Below are positions 47,601 to 54,483 of a stretch of DNA of 54,565 bases, piece by piece (positions within the stretch are counted from its first letter, which is position 1; every line of letters starts with the position of its first letter). The DNA is from Chloroflexota bacterium. GTDB lineage: Bacteria; Chloroflexota; Chloroflexia; Chloroflexales; Roseiflexaceae. A program made the translations under genes and the position numbers. The stretch is from NCBI GenBank assembly GCA_003670675.1, contig QWQY01000001.1, positions 1 through 54,565 of the forward strand, in the 5' to 3' direction. A model generated the notes under the pieces. That model was given only the letters and a program-made list of their open reading frames with translations, made no database searches and was not told the origin of the DNA.

Positions 47601-49363
47601 GCTTCCCGCTTGCCATCATGCAGGGATTGGCGGTTGCAGGTATTGCCGTCGTCTTGTATCTGCCCTTCTTCCAAAATTATGCGCCTCAAGTGGGCTCGAT
47701 AGACTGGGTCAAGAACACATCGCCATGGACTGCGTGGTCCGCAGTTTGGGGATTGTTCCTCATCCCGAGCATGGTTGTGACGGCACTCTTGGCATGGAAC
47801 CGTCGTTGGGTACAGACCGTGGTAGCGGCGCTGTTGGTGGGCGTGATGTTGGTGGGTCTGGCGCTCGAGTTCTATCCGCAGCCAGCACTGGCCGTTATCA
47901 CCCCGTATGTGGGCAACCCACGGATGTGGATCGGTGCGCTCGTCCTGTTGCTGATACCCAGTTTGTTCCGCCGCCAACCAGACAACGCACTGTGGTTTGG
48001 GTTGTGGTTGGTGTGTATTGCATGGGGATTGACAGGAGCGGTCGAGTTCGTCTTTCTCCGCGATCACATGAGTGACGGCGACTGGTATCGCATGAACACC
48101 GTCTTTAAGTTTGGGATGCAGAGTTGGCTGTTGCTCACCGTCGGGCTCGCAGCGACGTTGCCCGCCCTCAAAGACCGGTTTGCGCGGTTGCCACGCATGG
48201 GTGCCAATGTGCTGACGGTGCTGATGCTGGTGCCAGTCTTGCTGGGTGCAGCCTTCCCCATCGGTGCTATCCCCAGCCGGGTGGCATACCAGATCAATCC
48301 AGACCAGGCGCTGACCTTAGACGGATTGGCGTTCATGAACGAGGGGACCTACGAGGCGTACGACAAGACTATTCCGTTTGTGCATGATTATCAGGCGATG
48401 GAATGGCTCAAAAAGAACGTCAAGGGTTCGCCGGTCGTCATGCAGTCGAGTATCGAGTTTTATCGCGGGTACGGTGTGCGGATTGCCGCCAACACGGGAT
48501 TCCCGACGGTGGTCAGTCCGTTGCACGAGAGTGAACAGCGCAATCCAGATGTGGTAGGCGCACGTGATGCAGACGTCATTGATTTCTATCGGAGCGAAGA
48601 CCAGTCCGTCAAGCGGCGCATCCTGTCGAAGTATCGTGTCAGTTATATAGTCGTAGGGATTATCGAACGCGCAGCATACGGCGAAAAGGGTGCTGCGGTA
48701 ATCGCCGATATGCCCGAATTACGCGAAGTGTACAAAAACGCAGAGACCAAAATCTATGCAGTGTCTCCCAACATTGTGGCAGTTGCCCCGTACGCCAACA
48801 TCAACGGCGATTCGAACAGCCCAAATGTAGGGTTCCCCGTAGAGCAGATCGAGCCGGTCCAAGAAGACTTGACGGCACTCGAAAGTGCATACAGTGCTGA
48901 CCCCAACAATATTGCGGTCATGCTCGATTTGGTGGCTGGATTCCGGCGCAATTATCGCTTGGAGGAAGCTGCAGCGGTATTGCAGAAGGGCGTCATTGCA
49001 CACCCGGGTGATGTGCCACTGTTGCACATCCTCGGTGACATTTCGATCGAAGCTGGTTTGACAGAGCAGGGGATTGTGGCATATCGATCGGCAATTACCT
49101 ACGCCGATAATCCTGGCAACGTCAACAAATTGATCACGGGATATATCAACGCTGGTTTGTTGGATGACGCATTGGCAGAGGTCAACGCCGCGATCCAAAA
49201 GAGCCCGACGTTCTGGGACTTTTTGGTCACACGTGCCAATATTTCGTCACAATTGGGTGATTATGAAGCAGCCAGAGCAGATTACAACGCATATCTCGAT
49301 AATGCGCCGGAGGATGCTCTCTTCCGAAATGATGTCCAACGCGCCTTGGATGCACTGAACTAA
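41651..49363 (+). CDS. Giant 2570-aa polytopic membrane protein: GT-C-like N-terminal module, two Chlor_Arch_YYY (DUF2298) modules and C-terminal TPR repeats
   Basis: HPDERF is at 41777-41794. NYYYFG is at 44321-44338 and NYYYYG at 47009-47026. EFPFFTFLFSDLHAHM is at 44753-44800 and EFPFWSFLFADLHAHV at 47351-47398. MNSVFKFGMQVW is at 45614-45649 and MNTVFKFGMQSW at 48092-48127. The TPR-like tail starts at about 48850. It is a single uninterrupted ORF. Confidence 0.85.
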   Translation: MNVKSFFQRSAGQTVALLAVLLLGAYFRFGGLFMWDEPSFRLHPDERFLTEVATQIRLPASVTEYLDTSNSPLNPRNGNYKFFVYGMVPHELTRLTAVLITPPERLPAMNPGEAAPKPNAEKEISALMPEFIRAIINPDGRDYTSDIHKVGRVWSTLFDLLSILVIYGLGRRLYGTSVGLLAALMYAGTGFAIQQAHFFTVDSTSAFFILLTVYYSVRVAQRGSLTDYAGATFAIGASIACRITLATVAVVTIVAAFSRIYAAWQRGSTRAMARDFGLLVLTGVLAIFVARTLGPDMFAGTLPGAPDKLILTEVLGERAVAVDEFFQGKGFFDIRPDDRFLKSMDDIRRFASGEVDWPPTQQWAARPRYVFALSNMVYAGMGAPLGIAAWIGFLVAGWQLLRRKKLVHLVPWAWVLFFFGWQGGQFLMSMRYYLPIYGVLIIFAAWLVVLLAQQRQRVFDTVMRWMWQPGDPVLHRARALTIGRSIAFMAVVPALVVVTGALAWGFAFSRMYTEEHSRVAASRWIYTNIPPGSGISAESWDDGLPLGLDGRSADEFKGYAFPVYGEDEKNKWYGNGNPDELGMLDQIDKVDYIIMSSNRVYDTAGRLVMRYPALINYYKALADGSLGFTLVAEFRAAPRLFGFEVPTSVWAEEAFSVYDHPRVLIFKKNDTYSKTKAEAIITKGVVFEEVYKLPTIRASAVMTALHFTDVQWPTYRNSAKWTELFSTVTTTTLPWLWWLLVFEVIGLAGFVLLQGAFRWMPDRGYGLIKILSLVTVSWLIWFAASVNLLGFTRTGVGVVAGAWVALAAVVGWRQRAEWRSWWNQSRWLILTTEGLFLLAYGAFVLIRASNPDLWHPARGGEKPMDLAFLTAVIRSPAFPPIDPWFAGGMLNYYYFGFVMVGVLVHLTGIAPATAYNLAVPTIFALTAIGSWSVALAVQGTFGVIYAGKWRYWLAALTSDGKRKLAGAALAALFVVCAGNWSQALWYLPNTGEAGFECDKGTSYAMQAECKGRGEWAFWDATRVVSIKTGDGVINEFPFFTFLFSDLHAHMFGLPMLVGSLGVMLALIRRRRHARAVWARWRERLVLLGFLGMFAGVSYATNTWDYPTIFGMSVVTLALLAWRDHQQRPNAVAHLMGLLASVATVFGLSKVFVWPFSRAFASDYTGFDPWTGPQTPASLFYEISGMWVYAALFAAVIFVIRAGWVHRFVAAGLLVVTIAGIAASVYFALPALYVEGFAIAVLVLLISTVLTRSGTVRQSVPWFGRTTAIQLELPVFDALERRAAPQIVPIALETVFMMVMVLAVFGISALTEVLVAKSDIGRMNSVFKFGMQVWVFGAISAGVLLTWVWQKLRTSPVAVRASWLAVTAILVGASFVYPITATPVRIAERYDKDAPMSLDGEAYLRSANASWGENGVNFSFSEDADGIAWLRANVTGTPVLLEAHAEAYRWITRIATHTGMQSLMGWPWHEQQQRSVADAGVIIDARKQAIQRWYTSTDARQTFAEMQKYGIEYIFFGRMERALYGENAGNAFSELAVSKDITEVFRSGETVIYQVPRADHAPGVLKTGTLAVFAPNPIPQQSLLTTDNQSLPDVTAPGWNPVTDTVPVIVLWMLAWYLIALLGLLPALWLGPAQWPWARLLGLVILGYALWLPVSARLMYNSTLGLAIALVLTVLVSAWSLVRIGMRLQQGTDASLRWFDPAALPRYIGDGWKWVKTTLRYQRGTIIRFELLFLVSFAIMALIRMANPDVWHPIWGGEKPFEFGILNAVLRSPVMPPYSPFFSGGTLNYYYYGYVLVSLPLRLTGIAPELGFNLILATLYALMLTGMAALVWRVAKVRWVWVLAVLVTGVLGNLAGAFPVGWARGFGEVITALRENDFATVGSVLGDWFMGPSRVIPSTITEFPFWSFLFADLHAHVIAMPLLMLALALAWQALEKAELPSIWWLLSGLTVGALSVTNSWDTPTIVLIFTGALVRRVWVSEHRWRFPLAIMQGLAVAGIAVVLYLPFFQNYAPQVGSIDWVKNTSPWTAWSAVWGLFLIPSMVVTALLAWNRRWVQTVVAALLVGVMLVGLALEFYPQPALAVITPYVGNPRMWIGALVLLLIPSLFRRQPDNALWFGLWLVCIAWGLTGAVEFVFLRDHMSDGDWYRMNTVFKFGMQSWLLLTVGLAATLPALKDRFARLPRMGANVLTVLMLVPVLLGAAFPIGAIPSRVAYQINPDQALTLDGLAFMNEGTYEAYDKTIPFVHDYQAMEWLKKNVKGSPVVMQSSIEFYRGYGVRIAANTGFPTVVSPLHESEQRNPDVVGARDADVIDFYRSEDQSVKRRILSKYRVSYIVVGIIERAAYGEKGAAVIADMPELREVYKNAETKIYAVSPNIVAVAPYANINGDSNSPNVGFPVEQIEPVQEDLTALESAYSADPNNIAVMLDLVAGFRRNYRLEEAAAVLQKGVIAHPGDVPLLHILGDISIEAGLTEQGIVAYRSAITYADNPGNVNKLITGYINAGLLDDALAEVNAAIQKSPTFWDFLVTRANISSQLGDYEAARADYNAYLDNAPEDALFRNDVQRALDALN

Positions 49364-49374
49364 GCAGGGGAGAC

Positions 49375-51702
49375 GTGATGATCAACGATGTGATTGTCCA
49401 TTGGTTGGTGACCATGCTCTGTGTTGCCGTGGGCGTTCCCTGGGCGAAATACCTGTTCAACACACTTCCACATGCACTCATCGGTGTCGCCCGACCATTG
49501 GGGTATGCGGTCATCGGGGTGGTGGTATGGGGATTCGCGATTATCGGGTTGCTGCCGTTCAACAGTGGCAGCGTAATCTTTGTCGCAATCGGGATGGGGT
49601 ACCTCGGGTGGCGCTTGGCCGGCGGAATCGATGCTGCCTGGTTGCGTGCGCATTGGCGTGCTTGGCTCTTGTCAGAAGTAATTTTTTTGGCCGGATTTGC
49701 AATGGTCGTGTTTATTCGTGGTCGCACACCCGATCCGTGGGGCACCGAGCGCCCCATGGATTATGCCTTCTTCAATAGTATGTTGCATTCACCCAGCTTT
49801 CCACCGTTGGATCCATGGATGTCTGGGATGACCATCAATTATTACTACGCCGGGTATTTGCTGGCAGCAATCCCTGCATCGATATCAGGTGTGGATGCCG
49901 CAGTGGGCTACAATCTCGCACTCGCGACGACTGCGGGCATGATTGGGGCGACCGCTGCGACCATTGTCGTGAGTATGGCAGCGGTCTGGCATCCCATTGC
50001 ACAGCCGTTGCGCAAACGGACGGCTGCGCTGTTTGCGGGATGTGCCTTCGTTGCGGTGTTATTGGCCGGCAACATGGGCGGTTTCTTGCAGCTCGTCAGT
50101 GGATTACCCGAAATTCTCGCACTCGAGCCCGCAGACGTTGTCCCTGCGCTCCAAAACGGCCTCGGTGCACGCGAGACGTATACATTGGCGCGGCCATTCC
50201 AGGGGTGGGATTTCAATGGCACCGCTCAGCTGACTCCGCGCGACACGTGGCAGGATTTCAATTGGTGGAACCCGTCACGGGCGGTCTGGGATACGCTTGT
50301 TGCCGATGATGGTGCGTGGGAACGCCGCTACTCCATCACCGAGTTCCCGTTCTTTTCGTTCTGGTTGGGCGACATGCACCCGCACGTGATGGCACTGCCG
50401 TTTGGGTTGCTACTTATCGGATTGGCGCTCCGCCGGGCCAGTGCACCACTGCCGACGATGGTCGTCCCTGCACTTATGCTTGGGTTGTTGTACCCGATGA
50501 ATAGTTGGGACTACCCGACCTATTTGGTGCTCTATCTGGGCGCGATGGTCTGGCAGAGTGTCCGGAGCAAAGCGAATTGGCGGTCGGTGGGTAGCGAGGC
50601 GGCAATCACCGTATTAGCGTCGTATGCATTGTATTTGCCGTTCCACATGAGCTTTGTGTCGTTGGTGGGCGGTGCCGAGCCGACGGTTGATATTCCGATT
50701 GTGGCGACGTTCTCGCAGTACTTTGGGCTTGCCCCGGCACGGACCGAAGCACACGGGCTGTTTGTCATGTTCGGTTTGTTCCTTGTACCCATACTCGCTG
50801 CAGCGGTGTCGTTCGCACGGGATCGGTTGGAGTGGGCATTGGTTGCAGTGACCGCAGTCGTCGCTGTTGTCGGTGCGCTCGGTGGCTTTGTGACACTCAC
50901 CGCCGTGCCATTGGCAGCGCTGTTGTTGCACTATGCGTTCCGTCGCACGGATGTTTCGCCGGCATTTGCCATCTGGTTGGGGGTCGTCGCTTTGGCGGGT
51001 ATCTTGACCTTGGTGGTCGATGTGGTGTATATCCGCGATACGTTCAGCTCGCGCATGAACACAGTGTTCAAGTTTTATTATCAAGTCTGGGCGTTGTGGG
51101 GTGTGGCTGCCGTGTTGGGGATTTGGCACGTGTGGTCGACCCGGACCACTGCCTGGCGCGTCGGGTTGCTGGTACTGGTCGTCCCGTTGACGTTTGCAGC
51201 ACTCAGTTACCCCGCTGCGACTCTGGGCAAAGCACTGCTCGAGCCACGCGAAGGTACCCTGTATGGCAAAACGCCGCGTGATTACGCAGTAGGTGGACCC
51301 GAGTCTGTGGCGTGGCTCCGCCAGCATGTGACTGCAGGGTCGGTGGTGCTCGAGGGTGTGGGGTCTTCGTACGACATCGAAGGGGATGGCTTTGGTGGTG
51401 TCTCTGCATCGACGGGATTCCCCACAGTGTTGGGCTGGCCCGGGCACGAGTACCAGTGGCGAGGTGGGCAGGTGGGGCTTGATCAGCAAATCAGCCAGCG
51501 CGAAAACGACGTGCGCACCATGTATTCGTCGCTCGATGAAGCAGAAGTCCGTGCGTTGCTCGAGAGCTACCATGTGCGCTATATCTATATCGGCAACGCC
51601 GAGCGCAAAGCATATGGCGGCGAGGCTGGGATGCTGATCAGCACCATTGCAGAGCAAGTATTTGCCGAAGGTGATATCGCCATCTACGCGTACAAAAAAT
51701 AG
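49375..51702 (+). CDS. Single-module Chlor_Arch_YYY (DUF2298) polytopic membrane protein, 775 aa
   Basis: NYYYAG is at 49837-49854, EFPFFSFWLGDMHPHV at 50341-50388, MNTVFKFYYQVW at 51055-51090, and STGFPTVLGWPGHEYQWRG near the C-terminus. It starts 11 nt after the giant gene's stop. Confidence 0.85.
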   Translation: MMINDVIVHWLVTMLCVAVGVPWAKYLFNTLPHALIGVARPLGYAVIGVVVWGFAIIGLLPFNSGSVIFVAIGMGYLGWRLAGGIDAAWLRAHWRAWLLSEVIFLAGFAMVVFIRGRTPDPWGTERPMDYAFFNSMLHSPSFPPLDPWMSGMTINYYYAGYLLAAIPASISGVDAAVGYNLALATTAGMIGATAATIVVSMAAVWHPIAQPLRKRTAALFAGCAFVAVLLAGNMGGFLQLVSGLPEILALEPADVVPALQNGLGARETYTLARPFQGWDFNGTAQLTPRDTWQDFNWWNPSRAVWDTLVADDGAWERRYSITEFPFFSFWLGDMHPHVMALPFGLLLIGLALRRASAPLPTMVVPALMLGLLYPMNSWDYPTYLVLYLGAMVWQSVRSKANWRSVGSEAAITVLASYALYLPFHMSFVSLVGGAEPTVDIPIVATFSQYFGLAPARTEAHGLFVMFGLFLVPILAAAVSFARDRLEWALVAVTAVVAVVGALGGFVTLTAVPLAALLLHYAFRRTDVSPAFAIWLGVVALAGILTLVVDVVYIRDTFSSRMNTVFKFYYQVWALWGVAAVLGIWHVWSTRTTAWRVGLLVLVVPLTFAALSYPAATLGKALLEPREGTLYGKTPRDYAVGGPESVAWLRQHVTAGSVVLEGVGSSYDIEGDGFGGVSASTGFPTVLGWPGHEYQWRGGQVGLDQQISQRENDVRTMYSSLDEAEVRALLESYHVRYIYIGNAERKAYGGEAGMLISTIAEQVFAEGDIAIYAYKK

Positions 51703-51713
51703 TCCACTCGGAG

Positions 51714-51754
51714 ACAATTCACCCCGCGACCAGATGCGTCGCGGGGTGAATTGT
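51714..51754. terminator. Bidirectional terminator, perfect 17-bp stem
   Basis: ACAATTCACCCCGCGAC-cagatgc-GTCGCGGGGTGAATTGT lies between the convergent YYY and ABC genes. Confidence 0.75.
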
Positions 51755-51764
51755 TTGTGTGGCG

Positions 51765-53615
51765 CTAGCGATACCCGCTGGCTTGCATCTCGAAGAGTTG
51801 CGCATACCCCTGATTGTTGGCGATGAGCTCGGCGTGTGTGCCGAGTTCGGCGAGTCTGCCATCGGCAAGGACCGCAATGCGATCAGCGATCCGCACGGTA
51901 CTGAAGCGGTGCGAAATCAGGATAGCGGTGCGCCCTTTGGTCAGTTCGCGGAATCCGACAAAGACCTCGTGTTCGCGTTGGGCATCGAGCGCCGAGGTGG
52001 GTTCGTCCAAAATCAAGATGCCGCCGTCGCGCATGAATGCCCGACTCAGCGCGATTTTTTGCCATTGACCGCCTGACAACTCACGCCCTTGTTGGAACTG
52101 ACGGCCCAACATCGTGTCGTACCCATTGGCAAGCTCTGCCGCAATCTCGTCTGCACCACCGTCGACCGCTGCCCGTGCAATGCGTGCGGCGTTGTCGCGT
52201 TCTGCGATGTTGCCGAAGCCGATGTTGTCGGCCAGGGTCATCTGATAGCGGACAAAATCTTGGAAGATGACCCCGATGTGGCGGTTGAGGTCTTCGAGCG
52301 CAAACTGCCGGATGTCGATCCCATCGATCGAAATGTAGCCTTCGGTCGGGTCATACAGACGCGTCAATAACTTGACCAGCGTTGTTTTGCCGGCGCCGTT
52401 GAGCCCGACGAGTGCCATAGTTTCGCCTGCGCGTATGGTGAACGAAATGTCGCGCAACGTCCATTGTGTGTGGTCGGGGTAACGAAACGATACATTGTGG
52501 AAGGTGATGCCCTGCACCATGGGATCGGGCACTGGGACTGGGTGTTCAGGCGAGCGGATGATGGGCTGGATGGCAAAGAACTCTACCAGGTTTGTCATAA
52601 ACATGCCGTTTTCGAGCAGGCCGTTGACCCCGCTGAAGAGACTCTGGAAGGTGGTTTGACTCTGCCGCAACAACGCGATGTAGAACGTCATGCCGCCGAT
52701 GGTCACTGCCCCGTTGAGTGCCAGCCACACCACATACCCGTAGGCAATGTAGAAGCTGAGGGTCGAGACGAAGCCCCAGACGATGCTCAGGAGTGACCGT
52801 TTTTTTGAGAGGGCCAAATCTTCGTGGTAATACTGTTCGAAGGTTTGGGTATAGCGTTGCATGATGGGTGCCGCTAGCCCAAACAACCGTACTTCTTTGA
52901 TGGTTTTGTCACTGGTCAGCAGTTCCTCGAGGTAACGGAGCTGGCGAAACTCGGGAGCACGTCGCGTCAGTAAGCGGAAAAATAGCCGGCTATAACGCCC
53001 TTGCGCGATAAACGCCGGGATACTCGCGCCAAAAAGAATCAGCGCAAGGACCGGCGCAAACGCAATGACCAGCACGAGGAAGGACACCAACGAAATGAAT
53101 TGCTGGACGATGGCGAAGCTGCCCGTGACCAACGCCAATGCGCGGAACTCTGCCTGTCGGCGGGCATTTTGGAGCCGGTCATAGAACGTCGGATCTTCGA
53201 AGTATTGGATGTCGAGTTCGGCTGACTTGGTCATCACCCGCGTCGCTACGTAATTGGACAGGCGTGCGTTGAGGGTGTGGTCTGCCAAAATACGCACCTG
53301 GCTGATGATGAATGCAATGCTCACCAACCCGAGTTCGACCGCGACCCACGGGGCACAGATGGATACAGCCGCCCAGGGATCGTTGAGTGTCATACCCAGC
53401 ACTACTGTATCGACGATGCGACCGGCGGTATATGCTTGGGCTGCTGGGAGCCCCGCGCTGAGCAGTGTCGTGATGGAATAGACGAGCGCACCTTGCGGGT
53501 CGGCTTCGCGCACCATGGCAAAGGCTGCAGGCAGTGTTTTGATTGCTTCAGATGTCTGGGAACGCCAGTGCACCCAGCGTTCGCGGAGGGTCTTTGCATC
53601 ATTTTCGTCGGTCAT
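51765..53615 (-). CDS. ABC exporter, fused permease and ATPase (MsbA/multidrug-like)
   Basis: Six-TM N-terminal domain, Walker A GLNGAGKTT, signature LSGGQWQK, Walker B ILILDEPTS. Confidence 0.88.
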   Translation of the reverse strand: MTDENDAKTLRERWVHWRSQTSEAIKTLPAAFAMVREADPQGALVYSITTLLSAGLPAAQAYTAGRIVDTVVLGMTLNDPWAAVSICAPWVAVELGLVSIAFIISQVRILADHTLNARLSNYVATRVMTKSAELDIQYFEDPTFYDRLQNARRQAEFRALALVTGSFAIVQQFISLVSFLVLVIAFAPVLALILFGASIPAFIAQGRYSRLFFRLLTRRAPEFRQLRYLEELLTSDKTIKEVRLFGLAAPIMQRYTQTFEQYYHEDLALSKKRSLLSIVWGFVSTLSFYIAYGYVVWLALNGAVTIGGMTFYIALLRQSQTTFQSLFSGVNGLLENGMFMTNLVEFFAIQPIIRSPEHPVPVPDPMVQGITFHNVSFRYPDHTQWTLRDISFTIRAGETMALVGLNGAGKTTLVKLLTRLYDPTEGYISIDGIDIRQFALEDLNRHIGVIFQDFVRYQMTLADNIGFGNIAERDNAARIARAAVDGGADEIAAELANGYDTMLGRQFQQGRELSGGQWQKIALSRAFMRDGGILILDEPTSALDAQREHEVFVGFRELTKGRTAILISHRFSTVRIADRIAVLADGRLAELGTHAELIANNQGYAQLFEMQASGYR

Positions 53616-53666
53616 GAGCGTCTCTTTCTTGTGTGCGCGTCATTGTACCTGCAATTGCGCGCACAG

Positions 53667-53701
53667 CAGAACGCACCGCCAGTGGGTGGCGGTGCGTTCT
53701 G
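53667..53701 (-). terminator. Hairpin after the 177-aa gene (probable terminator)
   Basis: CAGAACGCACCGCCA-gtggg-TGGCGGTGCGTTCTG, a perfect 15-bp stem. Confidence 0.55.
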
Positions 53702-53738
53702 TTGGTCTGGTATCGAGTGGGGTGATACCGTACCTCTG

Positions 53739-54272
53739 TTAGGGCTTGTATAGGGTCGCACGCTCCTCTATTGGCATAAGGACGAATTGATCGACACGGT
53801 TGAGGTAGAGGAAGCTCTGGCCTGCAGCAGTGACAATCATGTCCGGGCGGGTATCGTTATTGGCATCGCGGAAGGTCAGCAATACCGGAGTGGTGGCTGC
53901 GTTGGTGCCGGTCAATGCTGGGCCGTTGATGACGCGCGTCTGTGCGGAAGCACCGCCGGGGATGTGCATAATGACGATGCGGCTGTTGACATTCATCGCA
54001 ACGAAGTGGCTGGGTTGATCAACGTGGTCATTGATCCCGACGTATGCGTCGGCATGAAAGGTGCGCGTTGCACCGTAGCGGACGTCGGCCAATTGGACGC
54101 TGCCCCACTGAAAGAGGGTCGTGACAGCGATGTAGATGCTCACGATTGCCAGCAGGGCGCTCCCGACGAAGCGTGGAGTGTAGGTCGGCGCTTGGTGGAC
54201 GAACATAGCGGTCGTGTCGGAGCGGACAGCACGGATGGCTGGATTGCGGATATCACGGATTTGCATTGCCAT
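53739..54272 (-). CDS. Hypothetical single-pass membrane protein
   Basis: GAGGAGG lies 8 nt upstream of the ATG at 54272. The TM helix is FVGSALLAIVSIYIAVTTLF. The extracytoplasmic part has an FG-GAP-like stretch (FRDANNDTRPDMIVTAAG). Confidence 0.5.
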   Translation of the reverse strand: MAMQIRDIRNPAIRAVRSDTTAMFVHQAPTYTPRFVGSALLAIVSIYIAVTTLFQWGSVQLADVRYGATRTFHADAYVGINDHVDQPSHFVAMNVNSRIVIMHIPGGASAQTRVINGPALTGTNAATTPVLLTFRDANNDTRPDMIVTAAGQSFLYLNRVDQFVLMPIEERATLYKP

Positions 54273-54302
54273 CAGGGGTACCTCCTCAAGTCGTACGCAT
54301 GT

Positions 54303-54342
54303 TCGAAACATCTGTGCTAAATATATGCGAACAGATGTTCGA
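54303..54342. promoter_or_regulatory. Palindromic putative operator/promoter upstream of the 177-aa gene
   Basis: TCGAAACATCTGT-N15(AT-rich, TATAT)-ACAGATGTTCGA. The arms match at 12 of 13 positions with a 1-nt bulge. It lies 30-70 nt upstream of the start codon. Confidence 0.45.
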
Positions 54343-54384
54343 TGTCAAGATGTGTGGGCGTGAAATGCTACAGGTTGTAGTGAT

Positions 54385-54483
54385 GTAATCAATTAGTAAT
54401 CAGAATTCAGTGATCAGTGATCAGTTCCACGAAGGCAGAAGGTAGTGACTAGTTAAAAGAAGGCAGTAATCAGCACCCCTAAT
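54385..54483 (+). repeat. Degenerate tract with 7-nt periodicity (NNNNCAG-type units)
   Basis: Read in register, the tract is TAATCAG AATTCAG TGATCAG TGATCAG TTCCACG AAGGCAG AAGGTAG TGACTAG TTAAAAG AAGGCAG TAATCAG. Confidence 0.8.

Noticed and set aside
28896-54483. Interpreting the DNA between the inverted heptamer arrays as a horizontally acquired genomic island
   Set aside because: The segment starts with the essential housekeeping genes tilS and cmk. It has no integrase, tRNA-adjacent att site or uniform compositional shift. Inversion or repeat dynamics remain possible, but an island call is not supported.
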